Shown here: positions 25,406-40,429 of the stretch, piece after piece
Numbering within the stretch: the stretch's first letter is position 1
How the letters are laid out: the number at the start of each line of letters is the position of its first letter
NCBI RefSeq assembly: GCF_006345805.1
Contig: NC_043012.1
Span: forward strand, 47,492,001-47,556,000
Direction of reading: 5' to 3'
From: Octopus sinensis
Taxonomy: Eukaryota
DNA: 64,000 nt
Position numbers and translations under genes: made by a program
Notes under the pieces: generated by a model
The model's input: the letters and a program-made list of their open reading frames with translations, nothing else
Databases searched by the model: none
What the model was told of the DNA's origin: nothing

Positions 25406-28400
25406 AACTAAAGAAGAACCGGATATCTTAACTAAGCTTTTATTCGTAGGAGCATCTGAAATATCATTATAACTTCAAGAGAAACATCACCAGTCTTATT
25501 CCAGGATATTAGCTTTAATAATACTGAATTAATAGGTAGAAGTTATGCTAATCCAACTTCCGAAAGGACGAAAGTAATACAAATACTTTATTGAACCTTT
25601 AAAGGGAAAGCGCATGTGTAATTCAAAGCCTTGCGTACAAATTGTTTAACGTATTAGAAATTTAGTTTGTTGGTTGTCTGACATAATTTCTTACTCGTAT
25701 TAGACCGTGCGCGTACGAATATAGCGGGATGAATTTGAAGCAAATTACTTAAGGAAATAAAGATTTATTGTGCTATTCATTAGTTATCATGTTTCGATTT
25801 TGTATAATTATCTTTGAGGAGACATATAAAAGCGATTATTCCTGTTTACCATACCCGAGAATACGAACCGTATTGATTCGATATTATTTCACTTCAATGA
25901 AGGTTGGGCATTATAACAGTAGAACTGTTACAATACCCAACTAAATGTCTTCCCGGTAATTCGGTATGTTTCAGCATTGAAAGCCTAATAAAATACTTGG
26001 AATTATATAGATGATGCCCTACTTCTATACATTTATGGCCTCTCCCAAACGTTAGTGGTGACATTACTGAAATCCCCATAATATTTTAAATTCAGATCAT
26101 ATTCACCAATAATATACTATCTTATCTTGGCAAAACTATGTGAATGTATTGAATAAACTGCAATGGAATTTGTAACGAATATACCTTTATGAAAATAATT
26201 AACAGCATTGAGTCAGTGCATATGACAAGAGAAATCGATACTATATTACATACATCAGGTTAGTAAACTCAGAGTCGTTGTGCTTACAGACGGTAACGAA
26301 CACCTTTGTGTAGCCTCAAGAATAACGTGTTATCCTGAATCATGTTAATACGTCCATATATTTCTAACGACCTTGTCGCATTGGGCAAACGGAGTATTTT
26401 CAGAACTGCACTCAATGCACAAGAGCCTTAACTCTATGCAGTGTTAAGCCGACAAAAAAGAAAGAGATAACGAGTTAGGTATCGGCATTCACAAAGAGAT
26501 AGCGAATTAGTTATCAGCGTTAACAAAGACCCTAGATGTTGTCGAATGGAAACGACACGTGTTGGTGTTAAACATTTCCAGCAATCCCGACACCAGAAAA
26601 TCAAATCAACCTTTTATAGTGAATATTACAAACAGTTTGAATTATTGATTCTCAGAAAGGCATGTAAGCCTCAGCAATTTCAATATGATTAAAAGCGATA
26701 AGGTATTAAAAAAACTGAATCTTTGATTGGTACCAGTTAAATTTCCGAGCAGAATTTGAATTGCAAAGCAATAGCGGTATCACTACTATCAAATTTCTTC
26801 ACTCCTCAGCTAATGAATTTATTGGCAAATATACACAGCTCTGCAGCAACTGTTCACCGACATTTTTCTCTTCCATTTTATGATATCCAATTGCTTTAGG
26901 TTTGGTTAATGTTGTTACATAACCAGTCAATGTTCCCATGAAACTTGGCATAACTTCTAACTGTTTAGAATGTTACCGTACTTTCCTCATTTTTTTGGTC
27001 CTGTTGATATATTTTGACAACTTGGTGAACAAACGAGTCTCACTGATGCTTCACTAATTTAATGCACAAATATCAAGCAACACATGATGTGATTCAGTGG
27101 CACTGTTTCTGCAATTCACTTACCTTATTCAAAAATATATATATTAGTCTAAACACGTACACATTCACAAATTCACATATATGTGAAAACACACACACAA
27201 ATGCAAGCACACACACACAGACGCGCATACACACATACACACATACGTATGTGTGTACAAATACATGCGTGTGCATAAGTCTGTGTGGCAAGTGTATGTG
27301 TGTGCATAAGTCTGTGTGGCAAGTGTATGCGTGTATCGGTGGCTGTGTTTGTACATGTATGCGCATTTCTATACTTGTGTATGTTGTTGCAGTAAACACT
27401 ACTTTTATACAATAAACATAGTTTTGTTATGGAAGTTATCTCTAGTCGGCTAGTATAACAAAGCATATCCCTTAGTTTCATCTCAATTTAGTGAACCGGA
27501 ATGGACAAGAAAACGACAATAGCTTTTGGGACCGTCTAGCCAGCTAGTTGAATGTAATATCTGAGCCTGATGTATAATAATGTATTTATTATTGCCAAAA
27601 CAGAATTGATGGTAATACTCAAACGTGGCGGTTTAGTTTTGAATAGGTGGTAAGGAAAATGTTCACTCTGTAACAGCAAAAACAATGGAATTTCCCTGCA
27701 GTATTGTTGGTTCATATTCTATGGAGACATCTATAAATCATCAAATTTGCTCATTTACTTGTAAGACAATGTTTGATTATATATACACTTAGATAAAAGC
27801 GGATACATGCATACTCATAAATGTACATACATACACATAGAGCCACGCACATACATACACACACAACCATACAAACACACGCACACACACATATTCACAT
27901 ACATGTATATTCATTCATATAACATAAATATATATCTATGTGCATGTATACGTACATATAACTTCATCACATTATACATACTAAAAGGAAAAAATGCTAC
28001 AGTGTACACCAAAAGAATCTGTACATTTTCTGGTAGCATCAATAATTCACCTGACTTCTGAAAAGAATTATATTATCAAGTTAGAAGGTACCGAAATTCT
28101 TCTGATCTCCAAATGGACTTGATGAATGCAATGTCTCTTAATTCCAGCTTTATTTGCTATACGAATATATTACCATATGTATACATACATACACACACAT
28201 ATTTATATATATATATATATATGTGTGCGTATATGTGTGTAATGTGTATGTATGCGTGCATGTATCAAATATATACATAATTAACTAATATATACGAAAC
28301 TTTCCATGACATTTGAATAGTTCATTTTGGCTGTATATTTTTTTGCACGTAAAGAAATCAACATCAGATCATGCATCGCAAATATTTATGGAGTTGCAAG

Positions 28401-28773
28401 TTATTTAATATTTTAGAGAAGATTCAAAATAAGAATCACGGTTACTTATAGAGTTTTCATACAAATGAAACATTAGAGAACCAGAAGGAGCAACACACAG
28501 ACTAAGTTAATGATATGAACTGTATGAGAAAACGGTAACGATGGTTTCACATTTTAACTTTCCACACTCCACGTTTTTTTGCAACATAGATAAACATGTG
28601 TTGCTCTAAATGAACAATCATACTTATTGAATTTAATCCCAATTCTAATTGAATATAATTCTAAGGAAAACTGATGATACCTGAAAGGTTCAAGTAGACG
28701 CTAAAACTATTCCTAAAATAAGAACTGCAGCAGAATCATCTTCCTAAAACTTTGTACACAGGTTTGCTTTTGC

Positions 28774-28900
<127 letters not shown>

Positions 28901-29460
28901 CATACATATATATATAGTATCATGTAAAGGGAAGATTCAAGGATGAAAATATAGGAAGTTAGTAAGCTTCAAGAAAGAAAAAGTACAAGAATAGTAGTAA
29001 GATAGAATTTCTTAGGAGAATGGGGAAGGAAATTAATGTGGAAGATAATTATTTTCGTTAGTAGGGGAACATAGTATTCCTAAGTGATTTAGTAGTTCAT
29101 CACTTAACGTGAAAACTATACAGCTCCATATTAGCGCGCCCTAGCCTACACGATATTACAGGCGCACAGAAATACGCGTGTGCGAGCTAACATGTGCCTG
29201 TTTAGCTTTCCCATTAAACAATAAACTATGAAGTTCCCTTATTGACCAAAATCGTTATCTTCCGCTTCATCTCCCTCTCTACCGCCTCTCCTAACAAATT
29301 CCAGCTTGCTCTTCTGTATGTTCAGTTTCTCTCCTGCTCCTGACATTCCTCCTTGTTATTCTTTTTATTTTTACTGTTTAAATGTATTTACAGGGTGTCC
29401 CTATATGTATACTTCATTATTCTATAGTATACTCAGTAATGACCCCTGAATCAATTCACA

Positions 29461-29851
29461 ATGACTGTGGTAAGTAGCTTGCTTGCCAAACGCATGGTTC
29501 CGGGTTCAGTCCCACTGCATGGCACCTTCGGCAAGTGTATTCTACTATAGCCTTGCGCTGACCAAACCCTTGTGAGTGGATTACGTAGACGGAAACTGAA
29601 AGAAGCCCGTCGTATATATGCATATAGATATATATGTATGTGCATAGGTTTGTGTGATTGTGTTTGTACCCCCAACATAGTTTGACAACCGATTCTGTTG
29701 TGTTTACGTCCCCGTAATTTGGCGGTTCGGCAAAAGAGACCGATAGAATAAGTGCTAGGCTTACAAAGAATAACTCATGGGGGCGATTTGCTCCACTAAA
29801 AGCGGTGCTCCAGCATGGCCACAGCCAACTGATTGAAACAAGTAAAAGAGT
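29461..29851 (+). mobile_element. SINE family A
   Basis: gtggtaagtagcttgc..ggttccgggttcagtcccactgcatggcaccttcggcaagtg...gaaacaagtaaaagagt. Confidence 0.9.
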
Positions 29852-30054
29852 AATAGTGAACTTCAAGAATACCATTTTCCCCTTACTCTTCCCCCCTCTC
29901 ATTTTCCTCTATCGTATTCTTATTCTTTTCCTTCACAGATTTAGGCATTATGTTTTCTCTTTTTTTCTCTGCTTTTCACGCATTTCCATAAATTTTCCTG
30001 CAAGTTAACATGGGATCCCTTGCGACAATGCAACCTTCAGGTGACTAAGGTGTG

Positions 30055-30146
30055 TTTGACCTGATGAGCAGCTAGTAGTAACTATCCATCGTTTGAATAA
30101 TTACTACTTCTGAGGTACTGCTAGCTAGGAAACGTATGTAGCCTGG
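30055..30146 (+). ncRNA. Degenerate hammerhead motif with long stem II
   Basis: CTGATGA(30061)-gc-agctagtagta...tactgctagct-ag-GAAAC-gtat-GTA: 11-bp stem II including one G-U pair. Stem I is poor. Confidence 0.45.
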
Positions 30147-30890
30147 ATTTCATCTCCTTTATTCATAAATATCGAAGATATATATATATATATAGGATCT
30201 ATGCAGGTGGGCTGCAAATCGTCAAAAACTGAAAATACATTAATGTAGTTCTCCACACTGAATCTCTGGAGATATTTCACTTTTTCTTTTTTTTTTTATT
30301 TTTTAAGTTGTAGAGGGTTCGAATTTACTAACCTTCACCCAGTCAGAAATTAGAATTTGGGAGCTGTCGTTTTGGGCGTCGCAGAAAGTGTTGTCAACTG
30401 TAAGGAAACAAATTGCTGGCAGAATTCTTCTTAATGCACGCCATATAACCCCTCATAAATTTTTTACGTTTCGACATTTTCAGGAAATTTTTCTGAATTT
30501 GTTTTCTACACATAGGAATTCATAGGTTTATACAAAAATCAAAGCAAAATATTTGGGAGTGCATGATTTAAGGGGTCTTTATCTGTTATTTTTATCACGC
30601 CTCACCACCACTTCAGTGAATGGAATATATTTGTCAATATATGCTTTCTCGCTGACAAAAGAGTTCTCCTGTTTGGCATATTACTATGAAAACAGGCAAG
30701 AAGGCGTCTGTTGAAGACGATGGGTAAAAATTACACAAAATTTTCAAACTTTAAAAGCTATTAATTCTTTATTTATTGATTAATGGCAAAAATGAACTTC
30801 AAGGCATTGACAAGCATATAAACTATATCATTACACCAATCATGAAATCATTTCGAAAAGAAATTGCAGAGACTGAAAAAGCTACGCAAA

Positions 30891-31280
30891 AGAGTGGCTG
30901 TGGGGTGAGAAGGTCGGTTTCTCAACCGCATGGTTCTGGGTTCAGTCCCACTGCGTGGAACCTTAGACATGTGTCTCCTACTAAAGCCTCGGGCAGACCA
31001 AAGCCTTGTGAGTGGATTTGCTAGACAGAAACTGAAAGAAGCTCGTCGTATAAATATATATATATATATGCATGTATGTGTCAGTGTTTGTCCACCTACC
31101 ATCACTTGAAAACCGATGATAGTGTTTATATGCCCTGTAACTAAGCAGTTTGGAAAAAGGTACCGATAGTATAAGTACTAGGCTTACAAAGAATAAGTCC
31201 TGGGATTATTTGTTCGACTAGAGGCAATGTGCCATCTTTGCCGCAGTCGAATGACTGAAACAAGTAAAAGGAATAAAAGT
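30891..31280 (+). mobile_element. SINE family A
   Basis: gagtggctgtggggtgag..ggttctgggttcagtcccactgcgtgg...gactgaaacaagtaaaag. Confidence 0.85.
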
Positions 31281-31290
31281 TATATATATG

Positions 31291-31375
<85 letters not shown>

Positions 31376-31394
31376 TGTGTGTGCGTGCGTGTAG

Positions 31395-32476
31395 TAAGAA
31401 AAGGGAGGAGCAGATTTTCGATTATCCCAATATATTGTGGGTAATAAAAAATATATATAAAATGAAAGATTGAAAATGCACGCAGTTTACATAGTTTTAT
31501 TATATATTCTTTATATATTTTAAAAGTGAAAGACTATGGTGTTTGTCGACCGGTTTCGCTATCGCTAATCGTGACGTTAAAAGTATTGTAATTCCGTATT
31601 TTCCTAAGAAGATTTTAGTTCTTGTACTTGGAAAAAAATTTGGAAATGAATCAAGTAGAAAAATATAAGAGGAAGTAATAGATAATCGTTATTATTCGGG
31701 ACAGGGTAGGTAATTGTTCATTTTTGCACGGGGGCGGATAATTAAATATACAAAACTTCAAAAGCTAATGTTGTTAGAGGAAATATATACAGCGATGGGT
31801 ATATAATCAGGAATTAGAATATATAACCAATGTTGGTTCTGCGTCAGCTGTATATTTCGATAAATAAATTTTATTTTTTAAAATTCTCTTGTACAGAACT
31901 GGTTTCTTTGCGCTGGTAGATAGGGAGAACTATATTTCATTGTAAATTGAATGTTAGGGTTTATATCATTTAGTATTCATTAAAATTCCAAGAGTTTATG
32001 AATTGTCTCATTTTAAATGATAAAACAATCATCCAGGTATCTTTTCAAGTCCTATCTTATATAATGGAGATATGGATATCCATATTTTTTGCAGTGAGAT
32101 TTCGTATATGGTGAATTGAAAATATCCCATTATTAGGTTCGTAAAAACAAGGGCTGATTTCGTCCCCATCTCACTTACGCATTTTTGACGATAGTAGGTG
32201 TCATCAAATAGGAAATAGTTGATCCAGAAGTTCTTCAGATTACTTTTTCAAGCAGAATTTTATTGCATCTTATCCATTATGTGGGACATTGGTGTAAAGA
32301 CTAATAACGTCGAAGGAAACCAAGAATATCTCTTCATTAATTGTTTTGGTTGGTGGTCAGGCATATCTAGATCGTCCCTAATGAAACTTTTGGTATATTT
32401 CAGCATGGGTTTAGAGTATAATGTCTAGAATATTGCTTAGACGGTGGGATTCACAGGCTGGGCCAGCTATAATGGG
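31395..32476 (-). mobile_element. Truncated, internally deleted Penelope-like element (RT, endonuclease tail and HHR-bearing terminus)
   Basis: RT pseudogene at 31926-32476, then a short endonuclease-tail-like stretch, and a degenerate HHR at 31545-31577 (rc gtc-acgatta-gc gata gc-GAAAC-CG-GTC-gac). Bounded by microsatellites. Confidence 0.75.
31926..32476 (-). pseudogene. Penelope-type reverse transcriptase fragment
   Basis: Translates PIIAGPACESHRLSNILDIIL / TKSFIRDDLD / LVSFDVISLYTNVPH / NYFLFDDTYYRQKCVSEMGTKSALVFTNLIMGYF / KRYLDDCFII* / LNDINPNIQFTMKYS. These are PLE RT motifs including YLDD, with stops and frameshifts. Confidence 0.9.
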
Positions 32477-32526
32477 TGTTAGTTAATACACACACACACA
32501 AACACACACACACACACACTCGCACG

Positions 32527-32611
<85 letters not shown>

Positions 32612-32820
32612 GTGACCTCGAGTGTACCGTTGGCGATTTTTTTTCCTCTGTCTTCCCTTCTCTGGATCTTTCCTTCTCTTATGTTTCCGACGAAGAGCTC
32701 CGCTCGAAACGTTAAACCCTCCTTCTTTCCTTCTTTCCCGAGCGTCCAATAATACTATATTTGTTCCACGTCCTCAAGTTGTTGTGTTTTTTGTGTGCGT
32801 TCTTGTTTGGATTAACTTTA
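32612..32820 (+). mobile_element. Short PLE-like terminal fragment with minimal HHR motif at 32683-32717
   Basis: gttt-CCGACGA-a-gagc tcc gctc-GAAACGTT-aaac: stems I and II perfect, palindromic AACGTT. Flanked by (CA)n/(TA)n. Confidence 0.6.
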
Positions 32821-34266
32821 TATATATATATAATTCGTGTACTTGGACATTTGGTTAGTGGCCACCAGATAAATTTTTCGCCTGTCTTCAGTATTGATAT
32901 TTTTCGCCGCGATCTTATACTACAGTGACGCCATGTTTGCTAGCGTATTTAAAGATACGAGTAATTCCATACCCGATCCAAAACCCACCATGAGAAAATG
33001 ACAGCGAAAACAGCTGGGATTCATACCCCTCTAAATCTATACCTCAAAAATTTCTGAGTTTAGTGAATAAACACTTAAAGCTAGTTTTAGAAAATATATT
33101 CAGTAGACATACCTTAAGAGTTTCTTATTGCTGGGAACCTTGTGTAAAGGAAATCATAGTAGGTAGGTGAATATATAAGCTACTATCAGGATTTTCACAC
33201 AGGCAAAATCACATGTCTCCTTAATGGACAGTACAAGACAGTGATAGTGTTATATGAGTTGAAAGTGATGTCAAAGTGACCCCTGTTTTAGTAATTTAAC
33301 CTAAAATCAATTGACTAAAGTCTAAACTATGTTGCAGAGACCAAATTAAATAAAAACAAACTCACTAAATACTTTTCTTTCGGAGAAAAATGTATTGTGG
33401 GCCCATCTCTAGACAGAATATATACACACACACACACACATATGCTTACATGCATAGTATATAGAAATAGACAAACACATACACATACACTCATATACAC
33501 ACAGATATACATACATACATACATAATACTTATATAAAACATGATACCGGAGCTTTCTATGTTTCATTGATTGTTTAATACATACAAACTGCCTTACGGT
33601 GAGCAAGCCTGGCCGTGACCCACTCCATACGATCCGATATTATGTAATTGTTCAAACTGGTTTACAGCCAGCAGAAAACTAGCAATTCAAGTACATTACA
33701 TGGAAAGAGATATGTTACATGATATGAAATAATGTATTCTTTCTCCAGATTTTTTTTTATCATCATAATATTCAAAATTTGTAAATCCCTATATTTTGTA
33801 TATCTATTTTTACTTGCTTATCTGGTTCTCGATATATCAATGTTTTTCTTTCTCTTTTATTTCTCACCCTCACTCAGATTTTGTCATCTTTTTTCCCCCC
33901 ATTACCCGCAGATATAAAGATGTAAATGCACAATGGCTTCTGTGAATACACATTTATAAGCACAAACACACTCACACACACGTGCACACACACACGCACA
34001 CACACTCGCACACACATGTACGCGCACTTACACGCACATATTAATTTGCACACCCACTAACATATATCTCTATCTAAATAAATAAATATATATATATATA
34101 CATATACGATGCAGCATGTGCGCGCTCATGCATGTAAATGAATATGTGAGTGCGTTATGTATGTCTGTATATATATATATAATATATATATATGTGTGTG
34201 TGTATATGTATACCTATATATATGTGTGTGTCGTATTTTTATATATATATATAAATGTTATATATC

Positions 34267-34301
<35 letters not shown>

Positions 34302-35124
34302 TATATATAAATCTTGAATAGATACGTACCTACACAGAGATAAACAAATACAATTACCCATGTATATATAGATGTGCTTGTGGCTTGAGAGATATGGTTA
34401 ATGCAAATAGAGAGAGAGAGAGGATGTGTGCGTGTGTGTGTGCGTATGCGTGTGTGTGTATGTGTGTGTTCGATTGCCTATGCATCTGTGTGTAAGTATA
34501 TGTATGTTTCTACGCAGTAAGTGATAAATTTACTTATGCTGGGATTTAAAAGAATCTATTACATCAGATACATTTCGTTGTTGCTGTCTATAAACCTATA
34601 GAAGAATCAGAGTATGCTATCAGTAGAGTTCTTTAGATATTTTAGCGAGGAAAATCCATAAACCATGTTCGGAATCCTTACAGGCATAATCGACATTAGC
34701 CTGTCATCCTTTCAATATGCTATTGATATCAGCAATGCTTTGCTGTCTTCTCTTCTAGGAACATCAACTGGATGTATCCACTCCTCTCATTCATTCTATT
34801 CCTATATATCTTTCCACCTCTCTATCGCTAAACTATCGATCTATAGATTTCTCTATGCCAGCGAATGTATTGGTATGTATGAAAATATCCATGCATGTAC
34901 TCATCCACAGATGCTTCTTTGAATGCTCTCAAACAATTCCCTCTTTTCATGTAGACCTACCGATATCTCGCTTTTTCTATCTATCTATTCATCTATATCT
35001 CTGCCTCTCTGTCTATCTATTATCTATCTGTTTGTCTGTCCTTCTAAATATCTTCGTAGAAATATCTCTCCCATCTTCCCTCTCATTCTCTGTCTACCGT
35101 TATGTCTATATGTATTTGTGTCTG

Positions 35125-35171
<47 letters not shown>

Positions 35172-35292
35172 CATATATAAATATACAAATACATATGCAT
35201 ATTTATATGTGTATGAATGCATATAGTTGTGTATGTGTATATGTATGCACACACACCACATATATATATATACAATATATATATATCTATAG

Positions 35293-35358
<66 letters not shown>

Positions 35359-35940
35359 CTATATTACATATATATATATATGTATCTTTCATATTGAACG
35401 CAGGGATTGATTAAGCGAGTGATCGAACGACAGATAGAGGTGCAGACATACAGACATACAATATTTAACAATACATTCATTGTCCTTCTCTCTGCCTCTG
35501 TTTCTCACTTTCTCTCCCTCACTCTCTCTTATTTATCTCTCTCTGTCTCACATTCACTCCCACTCTCCCTCTCACTTACTCACTCACTCACTCTTTCACT
35601 CACTTTCTCTCTCTGTCTGTCTGTCTGCCTGTCTTTCCACTACAGAAACTCATACATACACACATACAGAAAATCACATATGAAGCGGTTGTAGAGAGAT
35701 GTATCCCGTGTAAAAAATCTGTTCCTATAATTCAGCACTTACTAATAGCAGTGGTTATTGTTGTTGTTGAGGCTATCGGAATTATTATTGTTGTCTACAT
35801 ATTTATCAAAACTTTATATTATGTTCTACGTTAAAGAATTGTCAGTATTACTATCATCATCATCATCATCATCATCATAGAAGTCTTTAACTTATCTGTT
35901 CATTGTCATCTCCATCCTCATCGTTGTCGTCGCCGTCACC

Positions 35941-36310
<370 letters not shown>

Positions 36311-36311
36311 G

Positions 36312-36359
<48 letters not shown>

Positions 36360-36364
<5 letters not shown>

Positions 36365-36565
36365 ACCGACCAGAACATCAGATGTTGTTAAACATCACTG
36401 GTCACAATGCGTTCGCATTGTTTTAGCCTTCAAATGATGCCACCCCGCTAGCTAAGCGGGCAGGCCAACAGTGGAGAGAGTGAGAGAAAGTTGTGGCGAA
36501 AGAGTACAGCAGGGATCACCCTCCTGCTGGAGACTCGTGGAGCTTTTAGGTGTTTTCGCTCAATA
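36360..36565. mobile_element. Unclassified interspersed repeat next to (TA)n, related to 5310-5497
   Basis: Shared gtgagagaaagttgtggcgaaaga block. Confidence 0.45.
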
Positions 36566-36867
36566 TACATAAATGCATTTTAGCATACATTTCCATGTTC
36601 ATTGTAAAATATTTCTTACTCAGAGTGTTATGTGCAAAAAGTACGTTGAATCTAATATCTTACATGAAATTAGACTCATTACGCGATAATTCTAAATGTT
36701 GGTAACTCCGAGTAACAGAGGGGAAAAATGATTATTTGTTTCTACCGTTTGTTTTGCGCTTTCTCCTTTGGATGCAAGCATAGACATATTACCTATACAA
36801 AAGGCTTGTAAATATATACCTCTTCATGAATGTGTATGTATATGTGTATACATGCATACGTACACAT

Positions 36868-36914
<47 letters not shown>

Positions 36915-37796
36915 TATATATAGTAATAGATCTATTATATATATATATATATTATTATATATATATATCTATATATATCTATATATATATGATATATATA
37001 TATATAGAATATATATATACACTTATATTTATAGAAGTACATACATTAATGATTTTCCATATAAACACAACCATATATATGTGTGTGTGTGAGTGTGTCT
37101 GTGTCTATGTGTATGAGTATACAGTTGTCTATACATGTGTGTTGTCGTTTATGGTATATATGTATACTCCTAAATGGCTTGAAGACATATTTCATTTCGC
37201 GCTTTCTTTTGCTTATTTCCCCTCTCTTTCTCATTCTCAATGTTTCCTCATTATTTTGTTTGTTTTTGTTCTTCTGTCCATTTAGATACGTATTTTCTTT
37301 TTGTAGTATTCTTATTTCCTTCTTATTCCCGAAATGTCGATTTAGATAATAGACTCCGACTACAAGCAACTTTTAGCGAAAGATACTGAGTTAGACTGTA
37401 ACATCGATTATCTGTAAAAGTGCCAAGTACAACAACTGAGCTTACCTTGTAATATTATAGCAAAATATTAGGGACATGGAGGATTATGTTCTCTATGGCT
37501 AGACAGAAAGTGTGTCGGTTTTGGAGAGAAATGAATATATATGGGAACTGTCGGTGAATGCATATTAAATCTGGCAGAGAGACAGAAGAAAGGAGAGAAT
37601 GAGAGACAGAGGTAGAGAGCAGGATGAAGAAAGGCAATGCGATGCATTGTGAGGCATATGATTTGATGGAGTCAGGGGGAGAAGTGAAAGAGAAGTGGTG
37701 CCGGTGCGTTTTTGTGGTAGTAGGTAACTGTAATTGAAAGAGTTATTGCATGAATTTATAGAGAGAAATCCTATAAATATCTATGAATACATGCAA

Positions 37797-37834
<38 letters not shown>

Positions 37835-37869
37835 CACGCACAAATACATACACACGTGCATTTTTGCAT

Positions 37870-37918
<49 letters not shown>

Positions 37919-37926
37919 ACAATAAC

Positions 37927-38128
37927 TAAGGGTTAAGCAACAAGTTGCTTCGCCACATACCGAAAATTTAGAAATAGCAGCCAAAAGACCGCTATTTCTT
38001 TTTCCTACAAAATATGCCTCCACAGATAACAATATTTGTAAGTCACATAGATAAAAAGAAAGAAAATAATGAAATCAAAGAGTCTTCCATTAATTATGGA
38101 CGCGTTTCTGGATTAGAATTATAAAATC
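37927..38128 (-). mobile_element. PLE-like terminal fragment homologous to 7964-8160, between (TA)n arrays
   Basis: agggttaagcaac..ttgctt.gcca.ataccgaaaatttagaaatag...tggacgcgtttctgg.ttagaattataa is shared. Retains only the GAAACGCGTC half of the HHR. Confidence 0.7.
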
Positions 38129-39126
38129 ATATATATATATATATATATTCAGATGTGTGTGAGTACGCCTAAATTTAAAAAGGTGTGTTATATTTATATT
38201 ATGCGTGATTCTCTGTCTTTTTGTGTATTTGCTGAGGCCATTCATACACTGTTATCATTCTGTTTTATTTCGTAACATGTCTGCAAATCCCTGCATCGAT
38301 TAAGTAACATTGTATTCAAATACAACGAAGTGTGACATCAAATATATACCTTAATATCAACGCTAAGTTACTGTGGCTATGTCGAAGCCTAGTTCCTGCA
38401 TATACACTCCATGGTATTTCTTTCACATAAATTATACAAATACAATTATGACACGAAACTGTATTTTTAAATTTCCCAAAAAATGCAGAATCGTTTCACC
38501 TTGAAAATAAGCAAACCCTTTCTCTTGATTTCACGAAACATTCCTATCACCAAGATCATGATGCATTCATTTACCTTGTGACACTTTCACTCAGATAAAA
38601 CGTTTATAAAACGTACAATTGATACCTGTGTTTCTGTGCATGAGTAAACGTGTTGTGTTTACACAATAGTTAAATTATGATGGCTTTTATTGTATTGTCG
38701 GGGATTTAGTTTTGTATTCTATGCCTCTAATTGCATATCATTATTGTAATTGCGTATTTAACTAATACAAAATAACGGCATTTTTCTTTTCTTTTCGTTT
38801 ACACACGTTGCGTTGTTCCTGAAGGGCAAACTACATTCTGATTTCGCTTGCATTTGTATACACAGATAATAGAGAGAATTGGACTGAAAATGAAGTGAAT
38901 TAAGAATGTGCGTGGAAGAAATAAAAGTATATTTAATGAATAATAGACACACAAGGCCGAACAGTTGACGTAATAAATGCCAATCAGATTTTGTTTGCGC
39001 TGTCATTCGAGAATTATTGTCTGAGTGTGTGTGTGTGTGTGTGTGCTTGTGTGTTGGTTGTATGTATAGATATATCTGTGTGCTTGTGTATATACACATA
39101 CAAACACACGAACACACACACATGGA

Positions 39127-39175
<49 letters not shown>

Positions 39176-39217
39176 ATATATATATGTATATATATAAATA
39201 TTTATATATATATATAT

Positions 39218-39277
<60 letters not shown>

Positions 39278-39280
39278 GAG

Positions 39281-40410
39281 AGGGATTAGACAAAATAATG
39301 GAATCACCTTAAAATTTCAAACAAATTTATTTTAATATGGGGAAGGTCTGCCTTTGGCAGTAATTACACCTTGAATTATACGGGGTACTGAACTATTTCC
39401 AAAGGAAACTTTATCCCTTCTGCAGCTAAAACAGTTTCCACTTTTTGTAATGATGATGGTGGAGAATATCGACTCCTTACTTGTTTTTCTAAAATAATAT
39501 TGAGATCTGGAGACTGTGATGGCCAGATAAGATGTTTAACTTTACAAGAATGTTATTCGTGCCATTCAGTAACAGATTCAGCAATGTGAATTGGTGCATT
39601 ATCATCCTAAAAGTTTGAGCTTCCCTCCGGAAACAGTTTTGCAAATATAGAATGAATTTGATCAGAGAAAATGCTTAAATCGTGTTCACCATTAATTCTG
39701 CCATAAAGGGAAACCATTGGGCCGGCGGATTTCCAAGATATAGCCCATCCCCAGATCAACACTGATCTTCCTCTATGTTTAACAGTTGGAAGGAGGCAGT
39801 CTGAGTCAAATGCTTCTTTTAGCTGTCTCTACACGAATACTCCGCCGGTGGTTGGGAATAAGGTAAAGGATGATTCGCCCGAGAAAATAACATTATTCCA
39901 CTGCTCTTAGGGAGTAATTCTGTAGGTTTTTACTCCACCTTAAACGCTCTGCAACGTTTGTTTTAGAAAGTAGTGGTTTTCTGATTGCAGCCCTCCCGTG
40001 GCATCTAGCTTTGTACAGCTCCCGGCGAACAGTTTTTTTTGTGGAAACTGGGTTCTTGAGGTGGTCATTAAACTTTATAGTAATTTTGGGAGCTGTATTT
40101 TTATGATCCTTACTAACAATTCGCGTAAGAGTTCCACGGTCCCTATCTGAAAGATTTGGTTTTCTTTCGCAGTTTTGTTTCAACGAGGAGCTTTGTCCTT
40201 CTTACTCAAAGGCTGTCATTACTTTCGAGACATTACTTCTTGATACACCAAATAATTTGCCTGTTTTCGTTACGCTAGCGCCTGCCATACGAGCATCAAC
40301 AATTTGACCGCTTCCAAAGTCCGATAGATATGTCGTTTTAATGAATTTTAATTACATTTTTCTGATGCTATCTAAAACGAAACTGCAATTTTAACAAAAC
40401 ATATTAAGCA
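39281..40410 (-). mobile_element. Decayed Tc1-family DNA transposon
   Basis: Contains the transposase pseudogene below. Terminal-like ttagacaaaataatggaatcacc at the left end; no matching right TIR found. Confidence 0.85.
39332..40336 (-). pseudogene. Tc1 transposase pseudogene
   Basis: LSDFGSGQIVDARMAGASVTKT..FGVSRS / RKPNLSDRDRGTLTRIV..RAAIRKPLLSK / VIFSGESSF / TVKHRG.SVLIWG / DDNAPIH / WPSQSPDLNII. First Asp is mutated, the catalytic Glu region is deleted, and there are stops. Confidence 0.9.
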
Positions 40411-40429
40411 ACAGTAATACTAAGTATTA

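Noticed and set aside
27269-27330. Short tandem duplications (also 26461-26530 and 49952-50030) as possible CRISPR-like or functional arrays
   Set aside because: Only two units each, with no unique spacers, mostly in low-complexity context. Consistent with replication slippage.
37447-37500. Minus-strand mini-exon with AAG|GTAAGC donor
   Set aside because: No through-reading frame from the putative acceptor and no supporting neighbouring exons. Such motifs arise by chance in 64 kb.
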